A stretch of 64,000 nucleotides of DNA from a candidate division WOR-3 bacterium (lineage in GTDB: Bacteria > Hydrothermota > Tepidihabitantia > Tepidihabitantales > Tepidihabitantaceae), in assembly GCA_965649295.1 (NCBI GenBank), contig CBFGKH010000001.1, positions 65,657-129,656 on the forward strand. Reading direction: 5' to 3'. Of the stretch, positions 60,574 through 64,000 are shown piece by piece. The translations under genes and the position numbers were made by a program. The notes beneath the pieces are model-generated. The model was not told the origin of the DNA. It worked only from the letters and a program-made list of their open reading frames with translations, and did no database searches. Every line of letters starts with the position of its first letter. Position 1 is the stretch's first letter.

Positions 60574-62997
60574 ATGAGAAGCTATCAACTGCTGTCTGTC
60601 CTCTGTTTTGGGCTTGTCACCATTCTCAGTGCTCAACCACCACCAGCCGGTACGATAACCGGCCGCGTATATGACGCCGACCTCAACGTCCCAATCGAAT
60701 ATGCCAACATCGTTGTCCGCTCCCAGCGCGACAGCACGCAGGTCACTGGTGGCATCACCGATAAGGACGGCCGCTTTGAACTCACCGGTATTCGGCCCGG
60801 CCGCTTCTTTGTTGAAGTCTCATTCATTGGCTACCGCCAGTACACCGTCAATGACGTTCAGCTCGGGCCGGGTGGCCGAATCGACCTCGGTCGCATCACG
60901 TTGCGCCAGACCGCCGTCGCTGTCGCCGGCGTTGAAGCTACTGCTGACCGGCCCCGCCTGACCTACCAGATAGACAAGAAGGTTGTTGATGTTGCCAATC
61001 AACCGACTCCGCCCACTGGCACCGCAGTTGACGTGCTCGAGAACGTCCCCTCAGTCAAGGTTGATGATGACGGCAAGGTCACCTTGCGTGGCTCCGGCAA
61101 CTTTCGTGTACTCATTGATGGCCGACCATCACCGCTTGAGGGCAGCGAGGCTCTCGAACAAATCCCGGCCAGCACCATTGATAACATCGAGATTATCACC
61201 AACCCGTCAGCCAAGTTCGACCCTGAGGGCCCAGCCGGCATAATCAACGTTGTGCTCAAGAAACAGCGCCAGTCCGGCACCAGCGGCATTGTCAACCTTC
61301 GCGGCTCAACCGAAGGCAGCTACGGCGGCGACTTCCAACTCGGCTGGCGCGATGGCAATCTCAATCTCTTTGCCGGCGCCGACTTCAACCGCCGGGCTTT
61401 TCCTGGCCAGCGTCGCGCCGAAGCCTGGACTCGCGATACGTCCGGCGACACGACCTACGTCTATTCCACCGGCTCGATGCAGCGTGGCGGCTATCCGTTC
61501 GGCATCCGGGCCGGCGGCGACATTGGGCTTGGCCAGAACGATCGCATCAGCATCACCGGTAATCTCGGCCGGCGCTCTGGCGGCGGCGTCTCGACCTCGA
61601 TCGACACCCAGATAGTTCGTCCGGCCGCCGACACCAGCATCTTCGCAACTGGCGACACTAACCGGCGGGGCGGCTGGTTCTGGTCGCTCAACGCTGACGA
61701 AAGCCACAACTTTGGCCGCCAGGGCCACGACCTCATCACCCGGCTTGAGTTCCGGCGCCGCGATATTGGCGAGTACTCAACCCAGTATCAGGAATCAACC
61801 GGAGTGATTACTAGCGGCCAGAAGACAACCGAAGACGGTCCGAGTAACCGGCTCAACATCACCGTTGATTACACACTGCCGCTGCGTGAAGCCGACCGCC
61901 TCGAGGCTGGCTGGAGCTCTGGACTGCAACGGAGTCGCGACTCTACCACCAACTATCGCTACAACCCAGCCACCGACTCCTATGAGCTTGCGCCTGCCTA
62001 CAGCCATCAAGTTATGAGTGCCGACGATGTCCACGCCATCTATGCTACCTACGCCGCCAGCTTCAAACCCTTCGGCATCAAGCTTGGTCTTCGCGGCGAG
62101 CGGTCGCTGCGCAACATTCGCGTAGTTGACCAAGACAGTACTGTTCGCGTTACAGCGATTGACCTGTTCCCGAGTCTCCACGCCTCATACTCATTTGGCG
62201 AACAACACGAAGTAATGGCCAGCTACACCCGCCGTATCAACCGGCCCGGCCCCTGGCAGCTGCAGCCACTGGCGGTCTGGTGGAATCCCCGGCTCATCCG
62301 TCAGGGCAATCCGGCGCTCTTGCCCGAATACATTGACGCTTTCGAACTGGGCTGGCAGGTGCCGCTGCCGATTGGCCGCCTGACAATCGAGGGCTACTAT
62401 CGCCGCACCAGCAACGTCATTGACGAACTGACATCGGTCTATGCGCCCCAGGTCTTTCTGCGCCAACCGGCCAATGTCGGCAGTAGCCAAGCCACTGGTG
62501 CCGAGCTTGTAGCCTATGTGATGCTTAACCGGTGGCTTGGTCTAAACCTGACCGGTGACATCTCCAACTATCGTCTCGCTGGCACCGCCAATGGTCGCTC
62601 CTTCGACACAACCAGCCTCAACTGGCAGACCAATCTCGGCTTCGAAATCCGACCGCTGCCCGACATGCGAATCCAGCTTTTCGGCCGCTATTCCGGTCCC
62701 AGCGCCACTGCTCAGGGAACCCAAGATGGCTTCCTGATGACTGGTGCCTCAATTCGGCAACAACTGCTCCAACGCCGGCTCTCACTCACGCTCCAAGCCC
62801 AAGACCTCCTCGGCACATCCGGCCACGGCGGGACCGCTGGTGGCGATGGTTACGACTTCTACACCCGGTTCCGCTTTCAGCGCGCTCAGGCCCCGAGTTT
62901 CTCGCTTGGCCTCACCTGGAACTTCAATAACTACCGGCCTGAACGGCGCCGCACCACAACCGAAGAAATCGACGAACCCGATGACCTAATGCGCTAG
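60574..62997 (+). CDS. TonB-dependent-receptor-like outer-membrane protein (CarboxypepD_reg-like domain, plug, OMP beta-barrel)
   Basis: Internal ATG at 60574 gives signal peptide MRSYQLLSVLCFGLVTILSA. ITGRVYDADLNVPIEYANIVV is a CarboxypepD_reg fold; DVLENVPSVKVDDDGKVTLRGSG...IDGRP is plug-like; a long beta-barrel follows. The longest ORF (60364) overlaps the ADH gene. Confidence 0.6.
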   Translation: MRSYQLLSVLCFGLVTILSAQPPPAGTITGRVYDADLNVPIEYANIVVRSQRDSTQVTGGITDKDGRFELTGIRPGRFFVEVSFIGYRQYTVNDVQLGPGGRIDLGRITLRQTAVAVAGVEATADRPRLTYQIDKKVVDVANQPTPPTGTAVDVLENVPSVKVDDDGKVTLRGSGNFRVLIDGRPSPLEGSEALEQIPASTIDNIEIITNPSAKFDPEGPAGIINVVLKKQRQSGTSGIVNLRGSTEGSYGGDFQLGWRDGNLNLFAGADFNRRAFPGQRRAEAWTRDTSGDTTYVYSTGSMQRGGYPFGIRAGGDIGLGQNDRISITGNLGRRSGGGVSTSIDTQIVRPAADTSIFATGDTNRRGGWFWSLNADESHNFGRQGHDLITRLEFRRRDIGEYSTQYQESTGVITSGQKTTEDGPSNRLNITVDYTLPLREADRLEAGWSSGLQRSRDSTTNYRYNPATDSYELAPAYSHQVMSADDVHAIYATYAASFKPFGIKLGLRGERSLRNIRVVDQDSTVRVTAIDLFPSLHASYSFGEQHEVMASYTRRINRPGPWQLQPLAVWWNPRLIRQGNPALLPEYIDAFELGWQVPLPIGRLTIEGYYRRTSNVIDELTSVYAPQVFLRQPANVGSSQATGAELVAYVMLNRWLGLNLTGDISNYRLAGTANGRSFDTTSLNWQTNLGFEIRPLPDMRIQLFGRYSGPSATAQGTQDGFLMTGASIRQQLLQRRLSLTLQAQDLLGTSGHGGTAGGDGYDFYTRFRFQRAQAPSFSLGLTWNFNNYRPERRRTTTEEIDEPDDLMR

Positions 62998-63094
62998 CCA
63001 CCGCTTCTGCTTGACTTCGCGTCCATTCCTGCTTGAATGGACGCTATCGTGTAATCGCCACCCGGCAGTCCGACAAGACCAAACGGAGTAACCA

Positions 63095-64000
63095 ATGGTA
63101 TCGCGCACCTATCTGAGCCAGCTCCGCAAATCATTCCCTAAGCTGGCCCAAAAGCACGGCACACCGCTCTTTGTCATATCCCGTACCCTGCTGCTTGCCC
63201 AGGTCGCCCGCTTTCGCAAGCTGCTACCGCGGGTCGAGCCGTTCTATGCGGTCAAGGCCAATCCTAATCCAAACGTGCTCAAGCTGCTGGCCGGTGCTGG
63301 CCTTGGGTTTGATGTTGCCTCAGTGCCGGAAATCGAATGGGCGCTGGCAGCCGGCGCTACGCCGGACCGACTCATCTTCGCCAACACGATGAAGAGCGAC
63401 GCCGCTATCGAGTTTGCTGCCAAGCAACGGGTCAACCTGATGACGTTCGACTCCGAGTATGAGCTCCAGAAGATTGCCCGTCATGCACCCAAGGCCCGAG
63501 TGCTGGTGCGCATCAAGGTGCCCAATGTTGGCTCGATTGTTGAGCTCTCGCTCAAGTTTGGCGCTGAGCCGGCTGACGCGGTCCCGCTTTTACTCAAGGC
63601 CAAACGACTCGGTCTGCAACCGGTCGGCGTCTGTTTCCACGTCGGCTCCCAGTGCACCCATGGCTCCAATTACCTTGAAGCCTTCGAGTTGACCAAGATA
63701 ATCGTCAACGACGCAGCCCGCAAGGGTCTGCCCATTGAACTGATTGACATTGGTGGTGGTTTTCCCATTCGCCATTTTGACAGTGATGACGACTGGTTTG
63801 CTGCCATGGCCCCGGCCATGCGCATGGAGATGGACCGACTGTTTGAGCCGAATCTCCGCATCATCGCTGAGCCGGGCCGGGCCCTAGTCGGCCCCTCGTC
63901 ATTCCTGCTGCTGAGCGTCATCGGCAAATCAATCCGTAACAACAAGCACTGGTACTTCCTCGACGACGGCGTCTATGGCGCGCTCTCTGGCACTATCTTT
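63095..64000 (+). CDS. PLP-dependent ornithine/lysine/arginine decarboxylase (Orn/DAP/Arg decarboxylase family 2). Partial; continues past the window end.
   Basis: GGAG RBS at 63085, ATG at 63095. The frame-2 translation has no stop to 64000 and so is absent from the ORF track. It contains EPFYAVKANPNP (PLP-Lys), GFDVASVPE, GVCFHVGSQ and DIGGGFP. Confidence 0.8.
   Translation, partial: MVSRTYLSQLRKSFPKLAQKHGTPLFVISRTLLLAQVARFRKLLPRVEPFYAVKANPNPNVLKLLAGAGLGFDVASVPEIEWALAAGATPDRLIFANTMKSDAAIEFAAKQRVNLMTFDSEYELQKIARHAPKARVLVRIKVPNVGSIVELSLKFGAEPADAVPLLLKAKRLGLQPVGVCFHVGSQCTHGSNYLEAFELTKIIVNDAARKGLPIELIDIGGGFPIRHFDSDDDWFAAMAPAMRMEMDRLFEPNLRIIAEPGRALVGPSSFLLLSVIGKSIRNNKHWYFLDDGVYGALSGTIF

Overview
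This is a high-GC bacterial chromosomal segment, densely coding, with about 45 protein genes and one tRNA. Gene content points to an anaerobic, FCB-superphylum-like or candidate-phylum organism that secretes large proteins through a type IX secretion system (T9SS). The evidence for T9SS is four giant signal-peptide proteins ending in type-A T9SS C-terminal sorting domains and a PorV/PorQ-like outer-membrane barrel. The cargo proteins are two C25 gingipain-like peptidases and two CARDB-array/beta-propeller proteins. Housekeeping content includes comEC, dprA, pilB-pilC, the rsmD-coaD-obg block, nadC, a PAS histidine kinase with a receiver-only response regulator, fabH, tRNA-Leu(GAG) followed by deoB-cdd, serS, ribE/ribD, acylphosphatase, recF-DUF721-gyrB, hutI and ftcD (histidine degradation), a Zn-dependent alcohol dehydrogenase, a TonB-dependent-receptor-like outer-membrane protein, and a partial ornithine/lysine decarboxylase-family gene at the 3' edge. 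Two gene clusters are the most interesting parts. The first is a translationally coupled envelope operon at 3324-12106: an Ig-repeat protein, a PorV-like barrel, a giant TPR protein, ExbB, two ExbD, TonB and a Pal-like protein, in which three different proteins carry the same FlgD-Ig-like module. The second is an etfB-etfA-hdrA-mvhD operon at 26536-30756 that joins two flavin-based electron-bifurcation modules without HdrBC or FixCX. Other points of interest are a 677-bp structured non-coding island between convergent genes at 15158-15833, and a consensus sigma70 promoter with an operator-like palindrome in front of tRNA-Leu/deoB. No CRISPR arrays, transposases, integrases or recognisable defence systems were seen. 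Gene starts were refined from the longest-ORF track wherever internal starts with Shine-Dalgarno motifs or family-typical N-termini were visible.
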